Shown: positions 39,999-50,071 of the stretch, piece after piece
How the letters are laid out: every line of letters begins with the position of its first letter
How positions within the stretch are numbered: position 1 is the stretch's first letter
Assembly (NCBI GenBank): GCA_958296135.2
Contig: CATQHZ020000001.1
Location: 3,904,001-3,968,000 of the forward strand
Direction of reading: 5' to 3'
Length of the DNA stretch: 64,000 bases
Origin: an uncultured Poribacteria bacterium
Lineage (GTDB): Bacteria > Poribacteria > WGA-4E > WGA-3G
Position numbers and translations under genes: made by a program
The notes under the pieces: generated by a model
Told to the model about the DNA's origin: nothing
What the model saw: the letters and a program-made list of their open reading frames with translations, nothing else
Databases searched by the model: none

Positions 39999-41306
39999 AT
40001 GAAAAATCTAGCGCATCGGAACATCCCGATTACCATTATCGGCGGCGGGATACACGGCATATCCATCGCGCTACGCCTACGCCGCGAAATGCCGACGACA
40101 GCACTCGCCATTGTGGATAGGCATCCGCTGCCGCTCACGGCGTGGCAGCGCAAAACCGAACGTCAAGGCATGACGTTCCTCCGCTCACCTGCTGTCCATC
40201 ATATCACGCCTGATGCGTTAGGCATCGTTGAATACGCCGAACACCACAACCGCAACGATGAATTGGCACCGCCGTACGCCCAACCTTCAACGCCGCTTTT
40301 CTGGGATTTTTGTCATGATGTGTTAGAAGAAGGCATCGCGAACGGGGGGGAACGCCTACTGGAAAATGGAATTTATTATCAATTTGATGTCGCGAAATTG
40401 CGGTGGGATAAGGGCGCAGGTTCATATCCGTTCCGCCTAGTTTCAACCGAGAATGTCGGCTTTCGGAGCCGGTGTGTCATCCTCGCAATCGGTTCTGATG
40501 ATTGTGCTCATGTGCCGCAGGAATTTGTGCCATGGCAACGCCGATGGCCGGAGAGGATAGTACACGCATCGCGAGTTTCGGTGAGTCCGGGGGATTGCGA
40601 GGGCCAAAGGACAAAAGAAAGTCCCCTCGCGCTACCGACTGAGCAGAAGCCGATTGCCATCGTCGGAGGAGGATTAACAGCTGGCACGCTGGCAAGAAGC
40701 CTCAGCGAACGCGGACACGAAGTAGTGCTCATCGCACGGCAACCGTTGAAAACGGAGCAGTTCGATTTTCCACCAGCCTGGTTGGGACCGAAGGCACTCG
40801 CAGAATTTACGCGGGAGACCGGTTTTCAGCGGCGCTATGAAATAATCCAACAGGTGCGGGGGGCAGGAAGCATCACGCCAGATATTGCAAAAGCCTTGAA
40901 GGACGCACCGCGTGTCGCTATCTATACCGACACTTGCATCCGAGACATCACGGAAGAGCGCGGGAAAACGCTACGCCTGCACCTTGAGAATTCAGGCATC
41001 ACCCCAGAAGCAACGAAGCAACCGCTAGGAACAATAAAAAACGTTTCTTGCGTTATTCTCGCGACAGGGTACCGATTTAACCTGCGGCGTTATCCATTTT
41101 TGGCAGAATTGCTGACACAGCACGAAGTGCCGCTTGTCCGCGGATTACCCAGACTTGATGCCTCTCTGCAGCTGCTTCCTGTCACCAATCTTTTTGGGAC
41201 AGGCACTATCGCGCAATTGCAACTTGGGCCCGCGGCAGGGAATATCGCTGGCGCGAGTCTCGCCTATGAACGCCTACGCAAACAAATTTTACCGCAGTTT
41301 GCCTAA
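39999..41306 (+). CDS. FAD/NAD(P)-binding oxidoreductase (SidA/IucD-like)
   Basis: IIGGGIHG, LRSP...H, IVGGGLTAG, ILATG, LGPAAGNIAGA. Confidence 0.8.
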   Translation: MKNLAHRNIPITIIGGGIHGISIALRLRREMPTTALAIVDRHPLPLTAWQRKTERQGMTFLRSPAVHHITPDALGIVEYAEHHNRNDELAPPYAQPSTPLFWDFCHDVLEEGIANGGERLLENGIYYQFDVAKLRWDKGAGSYPFRLVSTENVGFRSRCVILAIGSDDCAHVPQEFVPWQRRWPERIVHASRVSVSPGDCEGQRTKESPLALPTEQKPIAIVGGGLTAGTLARSLSERGHEVVLIARQPLKTEQFDFPPAWLGPKALAEFTRETGFQRRYEIIQQVRGAGSITPDIAKALKDAPRVAIYTDTCIRDITEERGKTLRLHLENSGITPEATKQPLGTIKNVSCVILATGYRFNLRRYPFLAELLTQHEVPLVRGLPRLDASLQLLPVTNLFGTGTIAQLQLGPAAGNIAGASLAYERLRKQILPQFA

Positions 41307-41340
41307 ATTTCTGCAGACACCCGTGCTTCTGAATTCGGTA

Positions 41341-41946
41341 TTATGCCTGCTGCGCTACCATGCTAGCGAGGATGCCCAGGATTTTATCACACTACCGGAT
41401 TGGGTAGAGCTCCATATCAATGTGCAAACACCTTGCCGCCAATTTGAGGAATTTCCAATCTACGCCTGTTGTAGTAGCACCATAAACCCACGAGATGTCA
41501 TTCCCTTTTTCCGCGTTAAAGCGTTGGGCGGCAACCATCTCTGCCGCACACTGCCCAAGCCCAAGCGTGAGGGCATCCTTCTTCGCCCCCACAAGAGCCA
41601 TGACAGGGGCCTGCAACAAATGCTGGACAGGGGACAAACTGACTAAAAAATCGCACACGCCTGTCAATTCGCTATCCACATCAACGCTGAAGTCAATCCC
41701 CGAAAAAAGGCTGATGCGCCGGTCCGCGTGTTCGCGGAGTTCAACGAGAACCGGGGCGACTATCAATTCTGACTTCGCCTTCTCTGTGTTGGTCGCACTC
41801 GCTAACTGTACATTTCTCGCCAAATCTGCAGTGAAACGGGACCGCGGGGCCACCGGCACGACTTCAGCGAAAAGATTCGCGGACTCGGTGATTTCTAACT
41901 GGAACGTTGTCACTACAGCATCCAACGTAAAACTACTATAGGCCAT
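41341..41946 (-). pseudogene. PD-(D/E)XK nuclease-like protein with a premature stop
   Basis: MAYSSFTL...G.CDF...GQCAAEMVAAQRFN; the in-frame TAG at 41394-41392 is followed by CDKILGILASMVAQQA*; VEAK is changed to VGAK. Confidence 0.7.
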
Positions 41947-41958
41947 CTGATAAAACCT

Positions 41959-42840
41959 CTAGCGGGTGAGCGCATACGCGACGACGTTCATTCCCTGCTT
42001 AAATGCCCAGACCCGCTGTTCTTCGCCGCCGGGACTGCACGGACGCCCTTCCCAAGCGCAGTTGAGATCGCTCGGACAAAAGTAGACCAGCAGCCGGTCA
42101 TCGTCCATGATAGCCTCGTCAGCGTCGCAGACACCGGGAATCAGTTTATCGCCGCCCATATATTCATCATGCTGATAGAGCGTGTGGTAAATTGGATGGC
42201 TCATGTCCAGCGTCTCGAACTGCTTTTCGGGGTAGACCTGGCGCATCATCTCGTAGATATACGGCCGCAAACCGCCCCTGCCGCCATTAAGGCGTGCGTC
42301 GCAATCTTCAACGTGAAGGAAGCCGCCGCGTTCAAGATACTCACGCAGCTTCCGCACCTGCTCCGTTGACAGCCGAATCCCGCGGTGTCCCGTCATAAAG
42401 AGATACGGATAGGCAAACAGCCCAACATCATCGATGTCAACATACTGCGGATTTTCACGAACCTCCACGTCAATCGAAGTATTCGCGGCAAGCACTTCCG
42501 AAAACTTCAGGTCGGACTGCCAATAGTAATAGTTAAGGATGTTCGTATACCAGTCGCCGCCCGGGTATTTGAGGCGCACGAAGGTGAACTTCTCCCCGGT
42601 CGGATTCATCTCCGGATAGTGGTGTTCCACGATGCCGGGCCGGGAGTAACTAGTGCCATAGTGGAGGTCGCGGGCGGCATCGTAAGGGATGTACTCGCGG
42701 AAGCCGAATTGTGCTTCCGCTGTCTGGAGCAAACTTCCTCCGGTGATGGCAGAAGCAGCGATGCCAGCGGCACCTTTGATAAAGGAACGCCTTGACAGCG
42801 GCCGCGTCTTCTCTTCAGTTGGTTTCCAGTTGATTAACAT
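41959..42840 (-). CDS. DUF4159 domain protein with Tat signal
   Basis: SRRSFIKG twin-arginine signal; GGDW, YPYLFMTGH, LREYLERGGFL, HPIYH, DLNCAW, GMNVVAYALT. Confidence 0.85.
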   Translation of the reverse strand: MLINWKPTEEKTRPLSRRSFIKGAAGIAASAITGGSLLQTAEAQFGFREYIPYDAARDLHYGTSYSRPGIVEHHYPEMNPTGEKFTFVRLKYPGGDWYTNILNYYYWQSDLKFSEVLAANTSIDVEVRENPQYVDIDDVGLFAYPYLFMTGHRGIRLSTEQVRKLREYLERGGFLHVEDCDARLNGGRGGLRPYIYEMMRQVYPEKQFETLDMSHPIYHTLYQHDEYMGGDKLIPGVCDADEAIMDDDRLLVYFCPSDLNCAWEGRPCSPGGEEQRVWAFKQGMNVVAYALTR

Positions 42841-42866
42841 TGCGTTTCCTCCTTTAACGTATCTGA

Positions 42867-43505
42867 ACCGTCGCGCGCAGCGCGATTGCTACCCCCTGCC
42901 GTAGCGCGAGGGCCTGTCCCTCGCAATCGCTACTTCTTGAACCGTAGGGCGAGGACCTGTCACCCGCAATCGCCCTTCTTGAACCGTAGCGCGAGGGCCG
43001 TCACGCCGAAACTTTGTCATCTCTGCAGCCTCGCTGCAGAGATGTCCACTGTCCCTCGCGATCGCCCCGCCCTACCGTAACACGAGGGAAAACTCGCGAT
43101 CTCCCCGCCTTACTGACGCACGATGACCTGTCACCCGCAATCGCCCCTTCTTGAACCGTAGCGCGATGACCTGTCACCCGCGATCGCCCCTTCTTGAACC
43201 GTAGCGCGAGGGCCGTCACGCCGAAACTTTGTCATCTCTGCAGCCTCGCTGCAGAGATGTCCACTGTCCCTCGCGATCGCCCCGCTCTACCGTAACACGA
43301 GGACCTGTCACAATCGCCCCTTCTTGAACCGTAGCGCGAGGACGTGTCCCTCGCGATCGCCCCGTAGTACCCGACGCATGGCGAGGGACAGGCCCGCGCC
43401 CTACGGGACGCGGCGCGAATCTGGGCACGGTGAGGAACACACCCGCGCCCTACGGGACGCGGGACGAATCTGGGCACGGCGAGGAATACACCCGCGCCCT
43501 ACGGG
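42867..43505. repeat. REP mosaic with nested elements
   Basis: Repeated 'ttcttgaaccgtagcgcga...' units; nested elements at 43000-43049 and 43215-43264. Confidence 0.9.
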
Positions 43506-43522
43506 ACACCGGGGGTTTCCAT

Positions 43523-45157
43523 CTAATACGGGTTTCCGAGGAGCACAAACGTGACGCTTTGCGCTGCTGCCCCTTGCATCTTTGTGGCACTCTGGCTGCT
43601 TGCAACTGCACGGATACGGTGTTTCGCGATGCCGAGGTCCCGGAGGAATTGCGCCGCCGCTGCCGCACGCTGCGCCGCCAATCTCCGATTTGCCGCCGGA
43701 TCCCCCGCCTGCCGCGTGTGCCCCACCACGCGAAGATAATACTGTGGGAACGATTTCAGGTCGGCGGCGAGCTGCCGCAGCGCGCGCTCGCTATTCCGAA
43801 GAATCCGCGCATTGCCCCTTCCAAATTGGATAGGCTCTATCTTCATCGCCGCGACCGGCGCTAGCGTATCCCAATTCGCAGTTGACAACGGATTCAACGT
43901 TTCCTCTCCACGCACCTCTTCCGCTACCGGGGTGTTGCCGATGACAATATCGTCTAAGCCCCCACCCGTGTTTGATGTCAAAACACCGGGATGGAAGTTA
44001 TCGTGGTGTAACGAACGCAAAATGCCCTCGTAATAAAGCGAACCGTAATCTCCTGAAACCGGGTCTGCAGGGATAGAATGGGTGCTGACTAGCACCTGCA
44101 TAATCTTCCCTATCATCGCTTCAAGCCGGTCTGTCCCTCTCGCCGCCTGCCCGGAAATCACGCCGAAATGCGCATAGTTCTCCATCGTGTTCCGCCACTC
44201 AATGCCTTCAACCAGTTTAAGCGTCTCAGCCCGGTTCAGGGCATCGCCATACTGCTTCGCATCCTCCTGAATTAAGGACAGCAATCTCTCATTTACCGGA
44301 GACGTGCTTTGCACCCGCGCGCTACCAGCCTGATTGTGATAATCGTAGTTTGCGCGCAGATACGCCTGAACGACGTGCGTGACGAGCTCCGAGTTCGCGC
44401 TCAAAAATTCGCGCTGAACCACAAGCACATCAACGATGTAGCCTTTGAGTTTGGAACTATCCAGCAACAAATGCACCCCATCAATCGCTAATGCCTTCGT
44501 CACATAAGGTTCCCAAACGACATAAGCGCGCGGTTCATCCGGATCCGCGGATTTGAGTCGCTTATAGACAGCCTTGGCACCGTTTGCTTCCACTGCCCAA
44601 GCAGCAGGAAGACTCGGCAGGCTCATCTTGTTAATCATAATCCGCGCCAGCGTTTCGCTCGGCGAATCCGGCGTGATGACGATGCGCGCCCGCGGATGAC
44701 TCAAACTCGGAATCTGGGGCACACCACGCTGATACGCCACAATCGCATCCGCACCTTTGGATTCATCAATAACCAAGACAATCGAACCCGGAAACTCGCC
44801 GATAGCACTGCCAGCCTTGAGGTAAGCGTCAATAGTAAACACTGCCATCTGATGCTTGCCGCTTTTCAGCGCGCGCATCCTGCCGATGTAATCCGCTTTA
44901 TCGTCAACGAAGGTAAGTTTTATCCCCTGCCGGTCCAGCAGATTTTTCACAGCAAGCGAACGGAGAATTGCATACCCCGGAAACGAGTCGTGTGCGACCT
45001 TAATCTCGTGCGCATAACGCTGCGTACTCGTCTGCTTGACAAGGTCGCCGCGCAGCCGCGGCTCAACGACAAACTTATAGACGAGCCCGATTATCCCAAT
45101 GAGTATCAGCCAACTCGCCACCATGATGATCTTGCTTCTTTTCCCATCAGCGTCCAT
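43523..45157 (-). CDS. Membrane-anchored NMT1-like substrate-binding domain fused to an OmpA-like domain
   Basis: N-terminal TM; DESKGADAIV, TPDSPSE, WEPY, IVDVLVV; C-terminal IQF...VVGHT...NRRLAAQRA. Confidence 0.8.
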   Translation of the reverse strand: MDADGKRSKIIMVASWLILIGIIGLVYKFVVEPRLRGDLVKQTSTQRYAHEIKVAHDSFPGYAILRSLAVKNLLDRQGIKLTFVDDKADYIGRMRALKSGKHQMAVFTIDAYLKAGSAIGEFPGSIVLVIDESKGADAIVAYQRGVPQIPSLSHPRARIVITPDSPSETLARIMINKMSLPSLPAAWAVEANGAKAVYKRLKSADPDEPRAYVVWEPYVTKALAIDGVHLLLDSSKLKGYIVDVLVVQREFLSANSELVTHVVQAYLRANYDYHNQAGSARVQSTSPVNERLLSLIQEDAKQYGDALNRAETLKLVEGIEWRNTMENYAHFGVISGQAARGTDRLEAMIGKIMQVLVSTHSIPADPVSGDYGSLYYEGILRSLHHDNFHPGVLTSNTGGGLDDIVIGNTPVAEEVRGEETLNPLSTANWDTLAPVAAMKIEPIQFGRGNARILRNSERALRQLAADLKSFPQYYLRVVGHTRQAGDPAANRRLAAQRAAAAAQFLRDLGIAKHRIRAVASSQSATKMQGAAAQSVTFVLLGNPY

Positions 45158-45238
45158 AATGTTTAGAACCCTGTCTCATCGCCTTTGAAGTTCACGGATG
45201 TCGAGACAAGGGGGGTTCCTCCTACCGAAGAGCGCAAC

Positions 45239-46144
45239 TCATCTCTTCCTTCGTAAAATGAAAAATGCGATAACCGCGACGGTAAGAACCGGCATCCACA
45301 GGAAATTACCGATTCGGTTGCGGCGCGGCTTTCGGGCCTGCTGAGCCGGTGCCGCGGGTTGCGCCGGCGGCGGTTCAACCGGCCGTTCCGTAATTGCCGC
45401 ATTGCTCGGCGGCATCGTGAGCCGCTGAATTAAGTCCAAGGCGAGCTCGGAGGTAAGCGGCGCGATGTCTTCAAACACTTCCTCGCTACTGATATCCGTG
45501 CCCGTATCGTCGGTAGTCTCGGCGAGAATCTGCGACACCGCCGCTACCAATTCGCCGGGGTTGTCCGCTCGCCGATAACTATCCACCATGTTGGCCAACA
45601 TGTGCTCCTGCTTCATATCCACGCCGATGACATCGATGCGAATCTGCCGGTTGATGACTTCCGGCGTATACAACCGGACCTTGCGCGCGTCCGATGCCTC
45701 GCCATCTGTCACAACTAACAGCCGATAACTCCCGTAGTTATACTGCTTCTCCCGCTGCGCCACAAGGCGATTCGCACCCAAACGGATATACTTTCCGAGC
45801 GGCGTACCGCCACTCGGCCGGGGTAAGTCAATAGCAGCCATCAGTCTCGGCATGTCAATCGGACCCAACGGATACACCCAATCGTTTGGGATGTTTGCAC
45901 CGCTGAAAACCAGCAAGCCGATATGCGTATCTGCCGGGACTTTCGCCAGAACCTCCCGCAGTGCCGCCTTTGCCGCGTCCATCTTCGTCAACGTCCGGTC
46001 GCTGCTAAATCTGTCTTTCATGGAGCCGGAGGCATCCAAGATGACGACGATATTATCCGAGTGGAGCGTATCATCGGCACGGCTCATCTGAACGAAAATA
46101 AACACGCTCAGGACGAGCAGCCACCCTATATTTCGCTGTTTCAT
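45239..46144 (-). CDS. von Willebrand factor A domain protein, exported and C-terminally anchored
   Basis: ILDASGSM (MIDAS), GGTPL, VVTDGE; signal peptide; C-terminal TM followed by RRKR. Confidence 0.9.
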   Translation of the reverse strand: MKQRNIGWLLVLSVFIFVQMSRADDTLHSDNIVVILDASGSMKDRFSSDRTLTKMDAAKAALREVLAKVPADTHIGLLVFSGANIPNDWVYPLGPIDMPRLMAAIDLPRPSGGTPLGKYIRLGANRLVAQREKQYNYGSYRLLVVTDGEASDARKVRLYTPEVINRQIRIDVIGVDMKQEHMLANMVDSYRRADNPGELVAAVSQILAETTDDTGTDISSEEVFEDIAPLTSELALDLIQRLTMPPSNAAITERPVEPPPAQPAAPAQQARKPRRNRIGNFLWMPVLTVAVIAFFILRRKR

Positions 46145-46201
46145 ATCTGTTGCCTATGGACGGAAACCATAGAAATCCGCCCAGACCCACTAGCATATTC
46201 A

Positions 46202-48100
46202 TCAAAAATCGAAATCTGAGACAGCAACTGCCTCCGCCGATACCTTAATCAAGGCGAATTCAACACGGCGGTTTTCTGCCGCTTCCTCAGGGCTCGTCGG
46301 TTTGGCGATGACAGGTTCCTTAATCCCAACTCCTACCGGCACAATCTGGTCTGCATCGATGCGTGCATTTTTGCGGCGCGCGTAATCAAGGATTGCCCGT
46401 TTCACCGACTCCCCGCGCTTCTCGGAAAGTGCAAGTGCCGCTTTCATCACCTGATACGGACTTTCAACCGAACTTGCATCGTCAAACCTTTTTTGCTCAA
46501 TCAGGCGAATTAAGGCCGCGGTATCCTCAAGGCTAAACGGTTTCCCGTTCATAAAGTATTTGTAACTCCCGCGCTTGCCGGTGCGTTTCAAAACTCCGCT
46601 TTGAAGCCCAGTTTTCACCATCACGCTGAGCGTTCGAGACGGGTCGCTGTGCCCCTTGATAGCAACGGCGGCGTTGCCGTATTTGGAGGCGAGCTCTACC
46701 ACCCGGTCAAACTCAGCACTGTACTCGGTGTCGCTGAAGGTATCCTGATTCGCCTTGAATTGAATGGTGAAAGAAATGAGCGTCTTTTCGTCTAGCACCG
46801 CGTCTTCGTTAAACGTCTCGATCTCGGCGCGCACCACCTCTTTTTTGAACCGCTGCTGCTTGAGCTGCGCCGGGGCATCGACGGTTGTCGCGAGCAACTC
46901 CTTAAACATCGGGGCGTTAAAATTCAAATCGGAGGGGATGAGCGCATAGCGTTGCTTCGCGAACCCCCAACTGACTGCCATGTCCAACCCCGCTTTGTTG
47001 AATCCCTCAAAGCCCGTGATGGTATTGCTCGGGTCGTTGAAGAAAGCGATGTTGCCGGGTTGCCCGACGAACGTGCAATCCGCGATGAGCCCGTGCGCGT
47101 CCTCCTCCAGCGTCGGCAGCACCTCTCTGCCGTAGATAGTCTGCATCATCGTCAGCAGCGTGATGTATTTCGCGGAGCCGCTCGATTCGTACGCCTTTTT
47201 CAGGGCGACTACCTCCTCCGCGCCTTTGAGGTAACCGGCGAAAAACCGCTCAACAAAAGGCTTATAGGCATCGTAGAAATCTTTGCGGCACGCATAGACA
47301 TCGGCGATGGAGCGAGAGAGGGTGGCCGTGCTGACGACGACGTGCGCGCCTTTCACCGTGCCCTCCGCACCCGTCCCCGTATTCTCAGCACCGCCTGTCA
47401 ACCCCAGCATGTCCGGCGTGATGACAAAACAGCCGGCGATAGACGCGTCATTGCGGAAACGTTCCGCCGGCCCCTTCGCACCGGTGAGTTCATCTACCCA
47501 AACAAGCTGCACATTTGCTTTTGTGAGCCGCGCGGTTCTCAACATATCGTAGAGCATACCGACGTGCGGCCCGCCGTTTTGGATGGCAATCTTTTTACCG
47601 TTCAAGTCAGAAATCTTTCGGATGTTCGCGCGTCCGACAAAATGGTCTCCTGCAGACCAGGTGAGTTGTCCAAACACAACCGGTTTTGTGCGCGCATCGC
47701 GCCCGACAGCTTCGCTTGCCTGCGCTATCATCCTAAATGTACCGCGCAAAAAGGGCGACTTGCCAGAGAGGTAATCGCGCACCTGCTGCTCGAAATCGTC
47801 ACCCGGCACCAGCTTCAGGTTCATGCCTATCTCCTCCATGATGGTGCCCGGCTGCGTCGTGAGCCCACCGTTGGCATGGAAGAGCGCGGCTTCGCCGCCC
47901 CAAGTAATGTAGGGCACGACAAGCGGTGCTATCGCTGTCACCTCTTTGACGGTAACAGGGCCGACTGCATCGGCGAAGCGTTGCTGCGCGTCCGCTCGCG
48001 GCACAAGAAAAAGGATGAACAGGCAGACAACATACGGTGTAGCGCGCTTACAAAGCGCGCCTACCGATGTAGGTGTAACTAGCGTGGCTTTGCTTTTCAT
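46202..48100 (-). CDS. Substrate-binding domain-OmpA-like fusion protein
   Basis: ITWGGE, QLTWSAGD, GGPH, IADVY; C-terminal IKGHSDP...ENRRVEF. Confidence 0.8.
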   Translation of the reverse strand: MKSKATLVTPTSVGALCKRATPYVVCLFILFLVPRADAQQRFADAVGPVTVKEVTAIAPLVVPYITWGGEAALFHANGGLTTQPGTIMEEIGMNLKLVPGDDFEQQVRDYLSGKSPFLRGTFRMIAQASEAVGRDARTKPVVFGQLTWSAGDHFVGRANIRKISDLNGKKIAIQNGGPHVGMLYDMLRTARLTKANVQLVWVDELTGAKGPAERFRNDASIAGCFVITPDMLGLTGGAENTGTGAEGTVKGAHVVVSTATLSRSIADVYACRKDFYDAYKPFVERFFAGYLKGAEEVVALKKAYESSGSAKYITLLTMMQTIYGREVLPTLEEDAHGLIADCTFVGQPGNIAFFNDPSNTITGFEGFNKAGLDMAVSWGFAKQRYALIPSDLNFNAPMFKELLATTVDAPAQLKQQRFKKEVVRAEIETFNEDAVLDEKTLISFTIQFKANQDTFSDTEYSAEFDRVVELASKYGNAAVAIKGHSDPSRTLSVMVKTGLQSGVLKRTGKRGSYKYFMNGKPFSLEDTAALIRLIEQKRFDDASSVESPYQVMKAALALSEKRGESVKRAILDYARRKNARIDADQIVPVGVGIKEPVIAKPTSPEEAAENRRVEFALIKVSAEAVAVSDFDF

Positions 48101-48177
48101 ATCTATTTGCTCCTCGTTGGAGTGAGTGTATTTTTTATTTTAACATAACCTCTTTAAAAATGTCCAGTTAATTTTTT
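48056..48177. repeat. 122-bp direct repeat, copy 1 (promoter, RBS and start of 46202..48100)
   Basis: Near-identical to 52265-52386. Confidence 0.9.
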
Positions 48178-48202
48178 GTACCACAGTGATACCACCCACA
48201 CG

Positions 48203-49456
48203 CTAAAGATAGCTCTTCCGCGGGATGCCGTGACGTTCCAATTTGTTGTAAAAAGTCCGTTCCTTCAACCCCAACGCCTTCGCGGCGTGGGCGCAATTCT
48301 GGTCACACCGCGCGAGCGCGTCCTCAATACACGCCTTCTCTATCGCTTTCAACGCTTCCGGTAGCGGTGTTTGGAGAGGGACTTTCACGGTGTGGGCAGC
48401 CTCGCGTTTCAAGGCTTCTTGGGGAAAGTCCACTTGCTGCACTTCAGGACCCTCAAAGTGTTTCGGGAGGTGCTCCGGTAGGATCGGACTACCTTTGGCA
48501 AAAATGGCCGCGTAGTCCATCGCATGTTGTAATTCGCGGATATTTCCGGGCCAGTCATAGGTTTGGAGGAATGCAAGGACTTCCGGACTCAGTAGGCTGT
48601 GCGGGAATCCTTCACTCTCACACGCGAACCTCAAAAAGTGTTCCGCCAACAGACAGATATCCTCACGCCGCTCACGCAACGGCGGCACCTCAATCATAAC
48701 AGTGTTCAAGCGTTGATAGAGGTCTTGGCGAAACCTGCCTGCCTCAATTTCGGCCGGCAAATAGCGGTTGGTAGCCGCCACAATCCGGACGTTCACATGA
48801 ATCTGTTTGGTGCCGCCGAGGTGCCGAAACTCTCTTTCTTGGAGCACGCGTAACAAGACCGCTTGAGCCTCTAGCGGCAGTTCTCCGATTTCATCGAAAA
48901 AGAGCGTGCTTCCATCAGCCTCTTCAAACAGCCCTTTTTTCTCCTGATATGCATCGGTAAACGCGCCCTTCTCATGTCCAAAGAGTTCACTCACAGCCAT
49001 GGCGGACGAAAGGGAAGCGCAGTCAACAGGAACCATGTCTTTCTCGCGCGATTTTCCGTTGAGGTGCAAAGCGCGCGCAACGCCCTCCTTGCCCGTCCCT
49101 GTCTCCCCCAAAATCAGCACCGTTGCATTCGTTGGGGCAACGGCCTCAATGAACTTCAGCATCTTGAACACCTGAGGACCCTCGCCAACGATGCCTACAT
49201 AATTCCCTTTCAAGTCCGAGCGGGTGCGCGGCACCGGTTCCATCAAGCCACTTGCCTGATGCTCGGCCCGCGTATCCACCGTTCTCGCCGCAGGAATTGC
49301 ATGCCGGATGTGGTAAACTGCATCACCATCCGCGCGCGCCAGCGCAGGCACTAACGGAGATACTTTGTAACTGTGACGTTCAAGAAGGGTGCGGACATTC
49401 GCCGCCTCGGACGCATCCTCGATGATGAAAACGTGTTTTCCGTTTCTACTTTCCAT
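48203..49456 (-). CDS. Sigma-54-dependent (NtrC/Fis family) transcriptional regulator
   Basis: GETGTGKE, SELFGHEKGAFTDA, FFDEIGE, WPGNIREL; C-terminal Fis HTH; RBS aaggag before ATG 49456. Confidence 0.92.
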   Translation of the reverse strand: MESRNGKHVFIIEDASEAANVRTLLERHSYKVSPLVPALARADGDAVYHIRHAIPAARTVDTRAEHQASGLMEPVPRTRSDLKGNYVGIVGEGPQVFKMLKFIEAVAPTNATVLILGETGTGKEGVARALHLNGKSREKDMVPVDCASLSSAMAVSELFGHEKGAFTDAYQEKKGLFEEADGSTLFFDEIGELPLEAQAVLLRVLQEREFRHLGGTKQIHVNVRIVAATNRYLPAEIEAGRFRQDLYQRLNTVMIEVPPLRERREDICLLAEHFLRFACESEGFPHSLLSPEVLAFLQTYDWPGNIRELQHAMDYAAIFAKGSPILPEHLPKHFEGPEVQQVDFPQEALKREAAHTVKVPLQTPLPEALKAIEKACIEDALARCDQNCAHAAKALGLKERTFYNKLERHGIPRKSYL

Positions 49457-49613
49457 CCCGTTTCTCCTTTCGTAGGATATGGAAAGCATAACCGATTTTT
49501 CAAAAGAAGTCAAGAAAAATTTGCGAAGAGGAGTTTCTAGGCAGAAAGGTAAAGCAACTATGCCCAATTCACCTTTGAGAACTCGGTGGCACGTTTCAAC
49601 TTGCACGAAACCA

Positions 49614-49653
49614 GAAAACCCGCGGCACCAACTATTTGATGCGGCGGGTTTTC
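49614..49653. terminator. Stem-loop, possible intrinsic terminator
   Basis: gaaaacccgc.gca...tgc.gcgggttttc inverted repeat. Confidence 0.45.
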
Positions 49654-49792
49654 CTGATAACCGAATTAAACAACACGCGGTTTCACTCGTTGTTACCCTG
49701 CGTGTTGTTTCGGATACCGCGCCGGGCGCGCGGTGGGTTAAACGGGAATCTGCATTACTGCCTTTCGTGCCCTACGAACTTCAATGCGTTTG

Positions 49793-50071
49793 CTATCTAA
49801 CCGCTGTTGTCTCAGCTTGTCTTGCGGCTCGCTTACGTTCACGCGCCTCTCGGATGAGTTTTTGGATACGCGCTTTTTGCTCAGCACAACATCCGCAGGA
49901 TTTCTTCGTTACTGAAGAAGTAGGTGCCACTTCAGGTATGACTGGATTCACGGGTGCCTGTCGGTGAGGCGTATGCATCGGGAGAGTCCCCGTGGCGTAA
50001 GCGACAAACACGGCGAGAATTGCCAGGAGCGCGAGCGTGGCAATGCCATCCAGAAAACGGATATCTTTCAT
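49793..50071 (-). CDS. Small membrane-anchored protein with CGCC motif
   Basis: N-terminal TM; KKSCGCCAE; directly adjacent to the upstream gene's stop. Confidence 0.6.
   Translation of the reverse strand: MKDIRFLDGIATLALLAILAVFVAYATGTLPMHTPHRQAPVNPVIPEVAPTSSVTKKSCGCCAEQKARIQKLIREARERKRAARQAETTAVR

Noticed and set aside
41392-41394. Amber read-through or pyrrolysine recoding
   Set aside because: No pyl genes are in the window, TAG is used as a normal stop in many genes here, and a second inactivating change suggests simple decay.
49586-49605. TGGCAC...TTGC as a sigma-54 promoter (also about 53638-53660)
   Set aside because: The spacing between GG and GC does not match the strict -24/-12 geometry.
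49660-49750. Possible structured ncRNA upstream of the sigma-54 regulator
   Set aside because: Only generic hairpins are visible, with no recognisable family motif.
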